Source: the human T2T-CHM13v2.0 reference genome, Homo sapiens. From it: DNA of 64,000 nt. This document shows positions 1 through 12,507 of this stretch, piece by piece. The notes below the pieces were generated by a model, which was given only the letters and a program-made list of their open reading frames with translations, searched no databases and was not told where the DNA came from. Made by a program: the position numbers and the translations under genes. Each line of letters opens with the position of its first letter. Within the stretch, counting starts at the first letter, position 1. The DNA is taken from assembly GCF_009914755.1 (NCBI RefSeq), contig NC_060927.1. One strand, written 5' to 3'.

Positions 1-499
1 AGGGATGCCCAGATAGCTAATAAAATGTTATTTCTGGGTGTGTCTGTGGGGGCCGGGGTTGGCACTGTGGCCGGCGGGGGCGGGGAGTCTGGAAGAGATT
101 GGCATTTAAATCAGTAGACTATTCAGTCTCTGAATAGTGAACAGGCCTCATCAATGTGAACAGGCATCATCCAATTAACTGAAAGACTGAATAGAACAAA
201 AAGGTAGAGGAAGGGTAAATTCAGTCTCTCTCCTCTTGAGCTAGGTCATCTGTCTTCTCCTGCCCATGGATGTTGGAGCTTCAGACTCCAGGACTTACAC
301 CAGTGCCCACTCCTCCTCAGCCTCCTGACTGAATCACACCACCGACTTTCCTGTTTCTTCAGCTTGCAGATGGCATATCGTGGGACTTCTCAGCCTCCAC
401 AATCATGTGAGCCAATTCCCATAATAAACTCTCCTCTTATGTATCTATGCACTGTATATTCTATTGGTTCTGTGTCTCTGGAGATCCCTAACTAAGACA
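1..499 (+). mobile_element. MLT2-type (ERVL) LTR, 5' part cut off by the window edge
   Basis: Typical MLT2 3' end 'ctattggttctgtgtctctggagatccctaactaagaca'; AATAAA at ~423; 'ccacaatcatgtgagccaattcc' motif. Confidence 0.85.
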
Positions 500-1091
500 G
501 TGAGGTCTCTCACATCCCCAGGGCCTAATTTCCCCCATGAAGTGCTTTCTGGGCCCAGGCAAATGAGGATGCACAGCTTATTTCTACACTTAGGGCTATG
601 GCTTCATTAAAAAAAAAAAAAAAGCTTCTTAAATTGTATAGGGCAACCAAATATTTTGCTAAAAGATGCTTACATTGAAAACCTATGAAGTCTTATGTTT
701 TTATTTCAGAGATACTTTATTTTCATTAATGATTCAGCCTTAAATGGGTATTTAGCTCTAACAGTTCAGTCCCCTGCTGATACTTTTTCTGTCAAGCATA
801 TAGAAATTTATAAATGAATTACCAAGCGAACTCCTTATTTAAAAGGAACACTTAAATTAATTCACTGTGAAAATAAAATTTCTGCTCTCCTTAACTCACC
901 CACTCAACATAAACAGTTTATTTTCTTTATAGCATGTTTTATTAAACAACAAAACACAGAGAACTGGGCATCCTGTGACCTAGATTCTAGACACAGTTCT
1001 TCCATAAATAGGTGAATTTGGACAAGTCATACATAAAAGGATGGATTAATGCCAAGTACATTGCAGGGTGAGCTTCTCAAACTTTACCGTG

Positions 1092-1585
1092 TGTACTCGT
1101 CAGAACTCCCCAGAGAAACTGAAGCAATAGGAAGTGTATTGGAACCTTCCTCAAATCCAAAGTGAACTAGTAGACTTTTTCACAGAACCTGAGACAGAGT
1201 GAGAGAGAGAGAGAAAGAATGAGAGAGAGAGAGAGAGAGATTTATTTTAGGGAATTGAAATTTATTTTATGAAATTTTAAGGAATTGGAGTGTCATGTAA
1301 TTGTGGGGATAGGCAAGTCTGAAATCTGTAGGGTAGACTGCAGATCCAGGGAAGAGTTGCAGTTAGAATCCAAAGGGAAGGTCAGTCTTTTTTCTATTAA
1401 GGCCTTTAACTGACTGGATGAGGCCCACCCACATTATGGAGGGCAATCTATTTTGCTCAAGGTCCAACTGATTTAAATGTTGATCTTATTTGAAGAATTT
1501 CTTCATAGAAAATTCTAGAATAATGTTTGAACAAATATCCCGGTACTGTAGCTTAGCCAAACTGACACATTAAATTACCCATCCA
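1092..1585 (-). mobile_element. MLT2-type solo LTR
   Basis: Antisense MLT2 motifs ('gatgaggcccacccacatt', 'ctgacacattaaattacccatc'); 5-bp TSD ccgtg (1087-1091) / ccatg (1586-1590). Confidence 0.85.
1192..1240. repeat. (GA)n microsatellite inside MLT2
   Basis: Direct reading. Confidence 0.9.
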
Positions 1586-1754
1586 CCATGCCGAAGAAGC
1601 ACCTGGGGAGCTGATTTCTGGGCTCCATCCTCAAGACTCAGATTCTATTTTTCAATTCTAAGGAACTCCCCAGTGATGCTGAGGCAGCGCTTCCAGGAGT
1701 TATTCTCTGAGAAGCATGGTTTTGGTCTGCTATTGTATGATCAAGAGCTAGGCT

Positions 1755-1881
1755 GTTCTACAGGTGAGGAAACTGAAGCCCAGAGTTAAGAAGGGGCTTG
1801 TCCACGGGAGCTTGGATAGTTGCAAATTATGACCCAAGTCTTCAAATCTTAGTTGGGCTCTTTCCACTTAACACACTGCCT
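1755..1881 (-). mobile_element. MIR fragment
   Basis: Core 'caggtgaggaaactgaagcccagag'. Confidence 0.75.
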
Positions 1882-2424
1882 GCCATGTAGTGCAAATGAA
1901 CTTCCTTAAAATACAGCCTTGTAATTGAACCTCCCTCAAATCCAAAGTGAACTAGTGAAACTTTCCACAGAACTTGACAACCTGGTCCTAACATTCATGT
2001 GTAAGAGAAAACGGCCAGGAATAATCAAGGAAATTTAGAAGAAGAATAAGGAGGGAAGACTCATACTACCACATCTGCAGGTGTGTTATAAAGCTACAGA
2101 AAATATAACAGTATGCTATTGACAAATAGACCATTGGAGTAGAATTGAGACTCCATTGTCAAAACATAAATATTTGGGGAGTCCATGGCAGAGGTAGCAT
2201 TATGAGAAAAAGTTAAGCTATCAATAAATACTGCTAAAAAGTGGCTATTCATGTGAGAAAAAAATAGACTTCCTACCCATACTACACTTAAAAATAAATT
2301 CCAGATGGATCCATGTAGAAGCAAAATTTTAAAACTTTTAATAGAAAATTTAAGAAAAATGTTTTTATATCAGGGAAGATAAGTGTTTCTTAAATGAGAC
2401 ATAAAAAGTACAAACCATAAAGTA

Positions 2425-2640
2425 AAATAATAATAAGCCAATATTTATTAAGCTATTCTATGTACTATACAATATTCTGAATATATAATCTAACTAACTC
2501 TTGTAATTCTCATGAAAACCTATGAAGCAGTTATTATTATAATCTTCATAAAAGACAGAGGCCTAGAGAGACTATTATCTTCCATATCTTGTGTGGTAAG
2601 TGGTAGAGGTGTCAGTTGAACCCAGGCATTCTGGCTCTAT
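2425..2640 (-). mobile_element. MIR
   Basis: 'gtaagtggtagaggtgtcagttgaacccaggcattctggctc' and MIR 3' tail. Confidence 0.7.
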
Positions 2641-3312
2641 ACTACCTCTCAAGATAGAAACATTGATTACATTCAAGTTAAAATAATACATATTAAATGA
2701 ACTAATTAAAAGTACAACCCAAATACAAGGAGAAAATCTTTTCAATGCATGCAACCATCAAAAGAATATATATATATATATATTTGCAAATCACTATGAA
2801 ACAATCCAATAGGAAAACGGGCACAGATTATGAAAAGCCAACTCGTCAAAAAGGCACATAGCCAAAATTACATGAAAATATGCATGTTAGTAAACAGATA
2901 AATCAGTATAATCACTTTGGAGGGCAATTTGGCAATATCTACTAAAGTAGAAGATATACATTCCCTATAATCTAGGAAACCCTTTGTGTATATAAAGGTA
3001 GTGTTGGCAGAGTTGCTATAGCAAAACACTGAAGGAAATAACTCAGTAAAGAAATGGTTCAATAAATTGTGAGATAATTACATTTTGGAATGCATCTAAT
3101 ACATCTAGATGTGTCTGAACAGATAAAGTTCAAAAAGAAATGTTGAGTGAAAAACAGGTAATTTGAACAGGATGTATACCGCATGACAGCACTTGGACAG
3201 ATCCCAAAATCTCATAAAATCTTACTATCTATTGTTATGGGCACATAACATTGCCATGCATAGATCAGCTTCAGAATAATGGTAATTCTTGGGAGATAGG
3301 GGAGTAGGGAGG

Positions 3313-3908
3313 TGTCGTGCCAAACCCCTATCAACCTCAGTAGGGATGGCACCAGATTCAAGAGGCTGAAGAAGAGACTGGGAGCCAGCAAACAAGACAT
3401 GGGGTTTTACTGGAGGCTTACATACAAAACATGGGGTTTTACTGGAGGCTTACATACAAAACATGGGGTTTTATTGGAGGCTTACATACAAAACATGGGG
3501 TTTTACTGGAGGCTTACATACAAAACATGGGGTTTTACTGGAGGCTTACATACAAAACATGGGGTTTTATTGGAGGCTTACATACTGTCAAGTGGTGGTG
3601 GGCTGGACAGGAAAACCACAACCACTTGCAAACAGCATGCAGCTGATACGGCATCTTCACTTAATACCCTCCCCCTAACGACCTTTATCTGGCAACCTTC
3701 ATTTAACCCAAAACTCAGGGCCTCAATTCCCTAACAGCCCGTGTTCCATGGGACAGGCAGGGGGCTCAGATGTTCCTCATAGACAAGGAATGAATCTCTG
3801 GGCTGGTCACTCCTGGATTCTCTAACTCAGAGCACACATTCAGGTGCATCTGCCAGATAGGGTCATTCTAAGGGTACGCTTAAATTAATGCTATTAGATG
3901 TGTTTACA
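3313..3908 (-). mobile_element. ERVL-class solo LTR (LTR32/LTR47-like)
   Basis: TG...CA ends; exact 5-bp TSD ggagg (3308-3312 / 3909-3913); body resembles the remembered consensus ('ggcaaccttcatttaacccaaaac', 'agggtcattct...agggtacgcttaa'). Confidence 0.8.
3397..3585. repeat. 32-bp minisatellite, ~5.9 copies (acatggggtttta[c/t]tggaggcttacatacaaa)
   Basis: Units start at 3397, 3429, 3461, 3493, 3525 and 3557. Confidence 0.97.
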
Positions 3909-4656
3909 GGAGGAAATAGACAGGAAGAGAGGTTTAGCTTTATCTTATTTTCTTTATTTATGAAAAAAAAAAAAGAAAAAGAAAACCTTAAGGAGACATG
4001 GCAAAATGTTAAGATGTGTTAAATCTGGGTAGTGGGTACCTGAGTGTTTTTTTTTTTAATTTTGTATATATTTGTAATTGTTCATAATTACATGTTTTTG
4101 AAGAAATAAAAATATGATCACCACTTTCATTATTTTTAATACACTATTGTAGTTCTTTTTCCTGGTGATTAAAATGCATGGGCTTTCTCCTTTCTGCATA
4201 TTATTTTTTTTAGGTATCCTTTCTACACATTTTTTATAAAATCCTAGAATAGGAAGGAGATGTAGAGAACATTTGTTCAAATCTACTGCTTGACAAAGGC
4301 ACTTCTGAATTCAAGTTGGTGTTCCAGGTAAAAACCCTTGCTAGAATTTTCCTTTATGCTTAATAATCTGGAAGATATGGTTTTGGTTAACTATTTTGTT
4401 TCAACTAAGTCAATGTCCATGGATAATGAGTTTTTTTTTTAATGCAGACCATAATCAATTACACCTAACATTGATACTATGCTGAAAACACAGTTTTATC
4501 TGTAATGACACAGTGACTGCGAAGAATCTCAGTGTTATCATCATAGTCTTCAGTTATTATTTTGGTTATATGTGAAAGCACCAATTGAAAGAGAACTGAT
4601 TGGCAAAATGTCAGATAACCTGGAGTAAGGAGAATACAGGAAGAGGTGAGAATTAC

Positions 4657-5745
4657 CCTTTATTGAGGTATTGTAGGTGTGAAAGTTGTCAGAATCAGAA
4701 TGGAGTCAGTCATGTTAAAAAACCAACACACAAACAAAAAACCCTAACATATATAGCTGGAGAAGGCTATGAAGAGAGGGTTCTCATGCTCGTATGCCCA
4801 AAAATAAAACCACCACAAAAGACTCTGCAAAAACCACAACTTTGTGCAAAAGCCACCATAACCTTACACAAAAAATACTTCTGCAAGGACATCTGCCCAG
4901 CAACTGCCTGTCAACCTCAGACAGGCGCCACCTTGTTATTGATTTTTGTAGCCAAGGATAATTGCCTCAAAACAATTCTGTAATAGTCCTCCTCATTTCT
5001 TCTTTAAAAACCCTTGTCTCCCTTTACTTCCCTTAATACGCATATAATTTACTATGGCACGTGTATTCCCATTGCAATACTCGATTCCCAAATAAACATA
5101 ATTTTCTTTTAGAGAGCCTCTCTCTGCTATTTAGGTTGACATGGGAGGTGCTTTAGATATTTGATTTTCTGCTAATCTTGCAGCAACCTGTAAGGTAGAT
5201 GTTGTTATATTCTTTTTTCAGAGGTTCAGAGAGATGAAGTAATTTGCCCTACCTCCTGTTGAAAAACATTACCTCAAACCTGAAAATAGGCAAAAAGATG
5301 CCTATATATCCTTTCAATATCAAACTGGGCCCAGGGGATTATTAATTCTATTGGAGACTACACCTTTGTTTGATTTACTGTTTACTATTGATTAGGACGA
5401 GAGTCTATGAATCTGTGGTTAGCTGGTAGATTTTTGTTTGATAAAAATGCAAATGATTTCTGTTCAATAAAAAGTATAATGTCAGAGGACATTATCTATC
5501 TACCTATTTATCTATCTGTAAATATACATTTAGTCTTTTTGATTCTGGAATCAATTTTAAAATCCTAATGCTTCCCTCATTAATAATAAAATTTTACGTG
5601 TATCTTCGTATTTTTCTACGACAAAGTTTTGACTTACTATAATTTATACACTGAAGATCTTACAGCTTATAACTGGGAAAGCCAGTATGCAAGCCAGGGC
5701 TTTAGCTCTAGAGCTGATGCTTTTGCTCCCACATCCACTCTTTCT
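4657..5745 (-). mobile_element. MIR broken into three pieces by MER65 and an unclassified insert
   Basis: Colinear MIR pieces at 4657-4677, 5142-5249 ('gagatgaagtaatttgccc') and 5654-5745 ('aagatcttacagct...agccagggc'). Confidence 0.6.
4678..5141 (+). mobile_element. MER65-type ERV1 solo LTR
   Basis: 'tgtgaaagttgtcagaatcagaatggagtca'...'aaataaaca'...'tatttaggttgaca'; TSD tagg/tggg. Confidence 0.85.
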
Positions 5746-8700
5746 GGCCATATGTAGTATACTGCATTACTGAAAGCTTATGTTGAACTAAAAAGCTAGT
5801 CCTCCAACGTAGGGGTAGGGAAAAATCTCATTATCAGAAAAACAGTCCGATTTTTCATTTATCTGAGAGGAATGAGATGGAGAAATCCTATCTCTGGATA
5901 TGAATCTCCTAATATATAAAGACCTTATCACTTGGACCCATACAGTTGCTCCCTCCTGTAAGTTTCTTCCCTCTCCCCGTCCAATAAATAAAGGAATAGA
6001 ATAGATTATCCACAATTTTGTACTTCGTATACCCCTTCATAGTCTGGGTTATATTGAATGCGTACTGTAAATGACTAGTCACTGTTCCCACCCTCAGCTT
6101 CTATCACCATCCCTACGCAACCAATTTCCAGCTCTATACCAAATCCCTATAACCTAAGGCATTTTACAAAAATAGCTATATTCTATAAACTCCAGGAACA
6201 TACACTCACAAACAGATATGGTAAAATCACACTTGTTCAGTTTAATCAAGAAAGTTTGGACTGAATTAGTGAAAATATGGAATTGTGGAGTATTTTTAAA
6301 GAACTGAAGTAGTATTAATTTCAAGTATCTATATGATGGTATTTCAGTTATAAAACTATGCATGGTATTTGTCCTTGGGGACTTAATTAATGGAAAGATA
6401 AAAGTGGTATGTAATCAGCTTATCAACAGAAGGAAGAAATGTGAGCATTTCTTAAGTGATTGCAAAGTTTGTTCTCTTAAGCAGGTTAAACAACTCCCAG
6501 TTTCCTTGTAACCCTTTCCAGATTCAAATTAATGCAGAGTATCATGTCTTCATAAAAAATATCGACTGAGCTCTTTCAAATCCAAAGCAAGGATGTGTGA
6601 ACTAAAGAGGTTTTATTGCTTCTACATTTTTTCCTGTAAGTTCCTTCAATTAAAGGAGCTAATTACTTAGTCCACATCCCTGGTAACACCATCTTGAAAC
6701 AAAATGTTGGACAAGGTCTCCTGACAACCAGTGGCCACCACCCTTTTGCTCAGAAAATGGGGGCTACTGTTGTACCAGCCGGAGCCCAGAGGACACAGGC
6801 GGGCAGCTGGCAGCACTGCCTGCTCATGCTAATGATCCCAGTCCAGCGCTTCCCTTCTAGGGAAGAAGGAGGACAGAAGTGGATGCCAAGTTCTTGCACA
6901 AGGTCAAACGTTTCTGGAGGAAAGGAGCCAAGGTTAGATTAGCAGTGAGAATGACATAGGAAGCTGGGTGGAGAAAAACACCGGCTGAGGGGGAAAAGTC
7001 TGGAAACACAAATGGAGACAGCAGTAAAAAGTAATTACTAACACATTTCCCAACTTGGAAAGCCAGCCACATCCCACACCAGGGCCAGACTCAGAGCTCT
7101 TCTGTTCCAAGGAGGTTGGAGCGGGCTCAGGGACAGGAAAGGATTTTGCAAGCCAGCCGCCTCCCTCTCACTGGCTTTGGAACTGTGCGCCCTGAAAAGT
7201 GGAATTCATCTTGAAAGAGAAAGCAGAGGACACTTCTGCCTAAATTCTCCATTAAGATACACATTTTCCATACATACAGTGTAGCCATCCTTTCAGTACT
7301 ACTCAATAGCAAAAGATAATCAACATCGAAACAAAGGAAAGGGAAATCTTTGAGGAGAATGTAAGCTTTTGCAAACCTAAAATATCTTCCTTCTCTGCCT
7401 TTTATCAACATCACTGGAGAAGAGAAACTGTTTGTGGGAGGGACAGACCCAAGGAAAGGAGGAGGAGGAGGGAAGAAAGGGGGAGGGAGAAGAGAAGCAA
7501 TGCTCTCTGGTGTCAGGGAGAAATTCACGACTGGATTGACTGTTTTGACAGTTGATTTTTACTTTTTTTTCCCTCCAACTTCAGAACCATGACAGACAAT
7601 TGCTGAACATCAAACTAAGGAGTGAACACTTCATCAGATCTGCTTGCCTTAACAACAAAAATAGCCAAAATGTTAAGACAGTCAAACTAGATTGATTGTT
7701 TTTGATACAATCTGTGAGTGGTTGACCCAAGAATTCTCAATCTAATCACGCCTATAAATACAGAGACTGTATCCACAGATGCAAAAGCAGCCAGAGGACA
7801 AGTGAGAAATTCGTCAGTCACCTGGATGCCTCATCTCTACAATGGCACTGAACAGCATGTGAAGAGACACCCGCAAGGGTCTGTGAGTGGCTTCTGGGCG
7901 CTGGGTCTCACAGGAAGCATCTACTTTAAAAGCTGGGAATGCTGATCCTTTCAGTTTCTATCAAGAAGACAAAGTCTGGCTTATAATAGAAAAACAGATT
8001 CCCCCAAATCATTGTCTAGAGGTGTTGAATCACACATGAATGTCAGCAAATGATGCCAACTATGGATCACTTTCCTGGGGACTTTATCTGGTGTGAACCA
8101 AGAGAATCCTACTTCATGCATTTTTTTAAACATCCACAGATAACTGTTGTGCTGTGTCATAGACCAAAAGGGAAATTACATTTTTCTCATAATTGGATTT
8201 GGTACTTGTAGGCTTTCCTGAAGACAAGGAAAAGGAAATTTATTTTAGATTCTTAAAAAACCTTGAACTAAAAAATTTCAATCAGCATATCAGGTGCCTA
8301 TCTGAATTCAACCACCACTGTGGCAGAGATGGATGACTTCGTGTACCGGTACAGGAGAAAAGGGTTCCTGAAGCTTCATTCTTGTTTGTTTGTTTGGTTG
8401 GGCTTTTTCTTTTCATTCTGAGTTCTAAAAAAGTTATTACTTGATAGCTTGGTGGCAATGCAGTCTGTGTTGAGAAAATAGGAATTGATTAAGAAGTGAG
8501 AGACTGTGAGAGACTGAAAATGAGTAAGAAAAAAAAAAAGCCTACAAAGCATTTACAGTGTAATTTTCCAATACAGATTTGAGTAGATACTGCATGCACT
8601 TAGAAACAGATGCATTGTCAAGCCTTTATTATTGAACAAAGAATAATTTTTGAGTTTCCCCTTTTTAAAAAGAACCCAAGAAAATACAATGCTAAAATCT

Positions 8701-8946
8701 ATATATTAGCACAGCATTCATTTGAATGCCTAATTGCTTGAGACTTGCAAGATTCAGTCTCAACTGGTGGAGGTCCTGACATAGCTAGCATATGGCTGGA
8801 TGCTAAGGAAGAATGGTTGCAATGATCATTTGTGGAAACAAAACATTAATCTATAAATATCAATTTGCTGGGCTAATTACCAAGGATGTTAACTTGATGT
8901 ATTGATTATTACAAAATAAATCTGTGGATACATTTAAATGTATGTT

Positions 8947-9360
8947 TGTCATAGTCTGTTTTGCATTGCTATAACAGAATACAACAGACTGGGTAATTTA
9001 TTTAAAAAAATATATTTTATACATCTCTGGAGTCTGGGAAGCCTAGGGTCTAAGAGCCACATCTGATGAGGGCCTTCTTGCTGGCTGGGACTCTCTGCAG
9101 GCCTCGAGGTGGCACAGGGCATCACATGGCAAGAGGGCTCGTGAGAGACAGCCAAGAAGGCATTTACAGCAAACCGACTCTCATGATAACTAGCCCACTC
9201 CCTCAATAACCCATTGATTCATTAATTCATTAATCCACTAATGGATTAACCCATTCATGATGACCTAATTACCCCCAAATGATTCCACCTTTAAAACTGT
9301 TGCACTGGGGACCAAATTGCCAACACATGAACTTTTTGGGAACACATTTAAACCACAGCA
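8947..9360 (-). mobile_element. MST-type MaLR solo LTR
   Basis: 'tgtcatagtctgttttgcattgctataacagaatac' to 'aaaccacagca'; TSD atgtt/gtgtt. Confidence 0.88.
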
Positions 9361-9559
9361 GTGTTTAAAACCTGGCATCACATCTCCTTAATATGTTTTG
9401 TATTTTATAGTACCTCCTACTTTCCTTATTTAAATTGATCCACACCACAGTCCTTTGAGGTAGACATTTCCACTGGACTATGCCAGCTAATATACATTAA
9501 TATGCTGGCGTGCTTGTATTTCCTTACATCTTGAATTGCTAAGAGCTAAGCTATTCTTT

Positions 9560-10045
9560 ACACAAGAGTGGTTGCTAAATGAACAGGAAAAGGATGTGAC
9601 CCAAACACAATCCACTCTGAGGCCAGCAAATTATCCCTTTCCTGAGAATTTGAACCAAGAAATTCCCAAAGAGTAAGAGAGTGGTGAGAGCTGATGTTGA
9701 AATGTCTTAATGTAGAGAGATGTGGCAGAGGCCATGATGCTAGCTGAAGTTCTAAGAGCAAAAACTATGAGTCAGCGGAAGTGATAAGGAAGAGACAAAG
9801 AGACAGCAGAAGGTGATTAGGGAGTAGGAGGGAGAAAATGAAAGGTAGAGAATAGCCAAGTCAGATAGATTCAAGAGCACTAGAGTGAGATTCCATGACC
9901 TCCTACTGTTAAGGTCATGAAGATCCACCTCCAGTTCCGGGACAGCTGTAGTTCCTGCTTTTAGTCTGCTTTTCTTTTTTTCTGGCAACCCTTGGTAATA
10001 CGAATGAGTCTCTATTCCTTGCATTCAAAGGAGTTTTATTAAAAA
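9560..10045 (+). mobile_element. Old MLT1 (J/K/L-like) LTR within a MIR
   Basis: 3' end 'tctctattccttgcattcaaaggagttttatt'; MIR pieces on both sides. Confidence 0.55.
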
Positions 10046-10186
10046 GCATTGTCATCCTCCATATTGCTATTGAGAAAACTAAAGCAAAGAGAGATTATAG
10101 GTCATAACCACACAAGCAGAAAATGGTAGAGCCAAGACACATGCCAAGATTTTTCTAGAATTGGTGCTGATTCCAGTGTATCATAC

Positions 10187-10733
10187 TATAGCAGTTTCCA
10201 AAAATGGCCCCCAAATCCTTTGAACCTCCATTCATCAGAAGGTGGTGCCTATGTCCCCCTCCCAGGGGTCTGAATGGGGTCTGTGACATCTCCAACCAAT
10301 GGAGAATGGTAGAGGTAATGCTGCATGATTTTTGAGGCTAGGTTAGAAAAGACCAAGCAACTTCAACCCTGCCTTCTGGGAATGTTTGTTTTTGAAACCC
10401 AGCTACTATGTCATGAGGAAGCCCAACCTAGTCCATGTGGAGAGACTATCTGGAGAGATCCTGAGACTACAGTGGGGAGGGAGAGAGAAAGGAAGGGGGA
10501 AAGCGGGAGGGGACTCTGGCCAGTTCTCAGCGGCTCCAGTCTTCCTTTCCTCTCTCTGGCTGTCTTCTTTCGTCTCCCACTATTTTAAGTCCAACAAGTG
10601 TTTGACTGCAAGTACACAAGAGACTCAAACCAGATTCACTTGAATGACACCTTCCTGAATTCCTGGATTCCCACAGAAACTACCAATAAAATGATTATTG
10701 TTTTAAGCTATGTTTTGAACATAGCAATGAACA
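10187..10733 (+). mobile_element. MLT1F/G-like MaLR LTR
   Basis: 'aaaaatggcccccaaatcc', 'tgaggctaggttagaaaag', 'gaggaagcccaa', 'ttattgttttaagc...atagcaat'. Confidence 0.75.
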
Positions 10734-11154
10734 CTTGGTCTGAGCACTGTTACCAAGTATGTAATATGCTACATCCAGAACCTAAAAAGGCCCACCAGGC
10801 ATTATGCTTCCTCCTTAGTGGTGGGAGGGGTAATATACAATACTTTGTTCTTTGCCTTGAGAGGGTTGTCATGGCATGCCCAAACCACTAGACCCCATCA
10901 AGAAATTTCCTTGATATTTCAGGGCCCTCAATCTTCATTAGATGTATTTTCCACATTCTGCAATTCATATGTCTCACCAAGTCCTCCAAAATGCTTGTGA
11001 CTTCCTGCTTAAAGTGGAGAAATGTATGGTTCTCAGGAGCTACTGGTCTGGTCACTATACTAGGAGAGAGGGAAAGAGTTAACATAGTCCTGGGGCAAGA
11101 TCATAAGTATATATTGCTGTTCATTTCAGTGCAGATCAATGGCTGCATGCCATG

Positions 11155-11978
11155 TGTGGTGTATAGGAGAAAACCAAACCAAAGGGCTTTTTCTATTCTC
11201 CCACTCAACAATCAACAACAGATCCCACAGGATGAGGGCTCAGTCCCACAAGACTGCCCCACACTTCAGATGGTAATCACAAGCTCAAGGTTGTCTGACC
11301 TCTGCTTCTGACCTACTGTCTGTAAATCAGGGCTCCTGTGACCACCTCCTTGAGTTCAACTAATTTGTTAGGGTAGCTCACAAAACTCAGGGAAATACTT
11401 ACTTATGCTATCTGGTTTACTATAAAGGATATTACAAAGAAACAGGCGGATGGAAGATATACACAGGGCAAGGAATGGGAGAGGAGGAGCTTCCATGCCA
11501 TCTCTGGGCACACCATCCTCCAGGGATCTCCATGTGTTCTGCTATCTGTATGCCCACTCAAACCCTGTCCTTTTGGGTTTTTATAGAGGCTTCATTACAC
11601 AGGCATAATTGATTATATCATTGACCATTAGTGATGAACTCAACTTTCAGCCACTCTCCTTTCCCTGGAGGTCAGGGGCTGGGGCTGAAACTTCCAACCT
11701 TCTAATCCCATAGTTGGTTCCCTGATAACTGGCTCTTATCTTGAGGCTATGCAAAAGCCCACCAAGAGTCACCTTATTAGAGCAAAAGAAGCTCCTGTCG
11801 CCCAGAAAATGCCAAAGGACTTAGGAGCGCTGGGTCAGGATCCAGAGTCAAAGACCAAATATTAAAATACAAGATGCTTGTAGCACCCCTATTCATCAGG
11901 AAATTATGAAGGCTTGAGGAGCTCTGTGCCAAGGACTGCTGGCAGAAACCAATATGTGTATTTCTTATCAGTTTCACA
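11155..11978 (-). mobile_element. MER21-type LTR nested in the ERVL RT region
   Basis: 'gagggctcagtcccacaagactgcccc', 'aactcagggaaatacttac', 'ggagcttccatgcc', 'gaggcttcattac'; the RT frame (SNT|WHAAIDL) is split around it, with catg on both sides. Confidence 0.88.
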
Positions 11979-12460
11979 GCATGTATTAGACACCGTGTTA
12001 ACTTGCTCTAGCAAAGACACCACAATTTGTACAGCAGCTACAATTGGGGCTGCTACTTGGTAGAATTGTCGGTTGCCCAAAAATTCATACCAAGAAGCCA
12101 CATGGCTTTTATAGATGTAAGACTGGTCAATTAAATAGGGATAGGGTGTGGCTTCTAACCCTGCATCCTTTTGATCTTCAAGATGGACTCTAATCTCTGT
12201 CATTTCCTCCAGGATGCAATATTGTTTTTGATTTAATGTGTTGTCCAGAGTTGATGGAGTAGTATCAGAGGCTTCTTTGGGCTTTCCCATTATAATTCTT
12301 ACCTTATAGGCCAGAAAACCAATAGAGGGGTTCTGTCAATTGCTTCTTCTAATTAGGTATTCAGAAACTAGGGAAATGACCACTGGTTGGGCCCATACAC
12401 GTAGTTGATCTACTATGAGCCAATTTTTATCCAGAGTCCTCATTTGCACCCTTTAAAATA

Positions 12461-12507
12461 GGTGTGTTTGTGTGTGTGTATGTGTGTGTGTGTGTGTATG
12501 AGTGTGT
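12461..12507. repeat. Imperfect (TG)n
   Basis: Direct reading. Confidence 0.85.

Larger units (their letters stand above)
1068..1719. mobile_element. MER5A-like hAT MITE split by an MLT2 insertion
   Basis: 'cttctcaaactttaccgtg' resumes after the LTR as 'ccgaagaagcacctggggag...ctccccagtgatgctgaggc...gagaagcatg'. Confidence 0.65.
1925..4110 (+). mobile_element. Old L1M (L1ME/MD-like) ORF2 end and 3'UTR, interrupted by a MIR and an LTR
   Basis: A-rich L1 motifs ('ccacagaacttgacaa', 'aaaataaattccagatggat', 'ctttggagggcaatttggcaatatctactaaa', 'tggcaaaatgttaa'). Confidence 0.75.

Noticed and set aside
3397-3585. CRISPR-like array (32-bp repeats)
   Set aside because: Head-to-tail units with no spacers, no cas genes, inside a primate LTR
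3312-3734. Repetitive ORFs (MGFYWRLTYKTWGF...)
   Set aside because: Translation artefact of a stop-free 32-bp repeat read through all three frames
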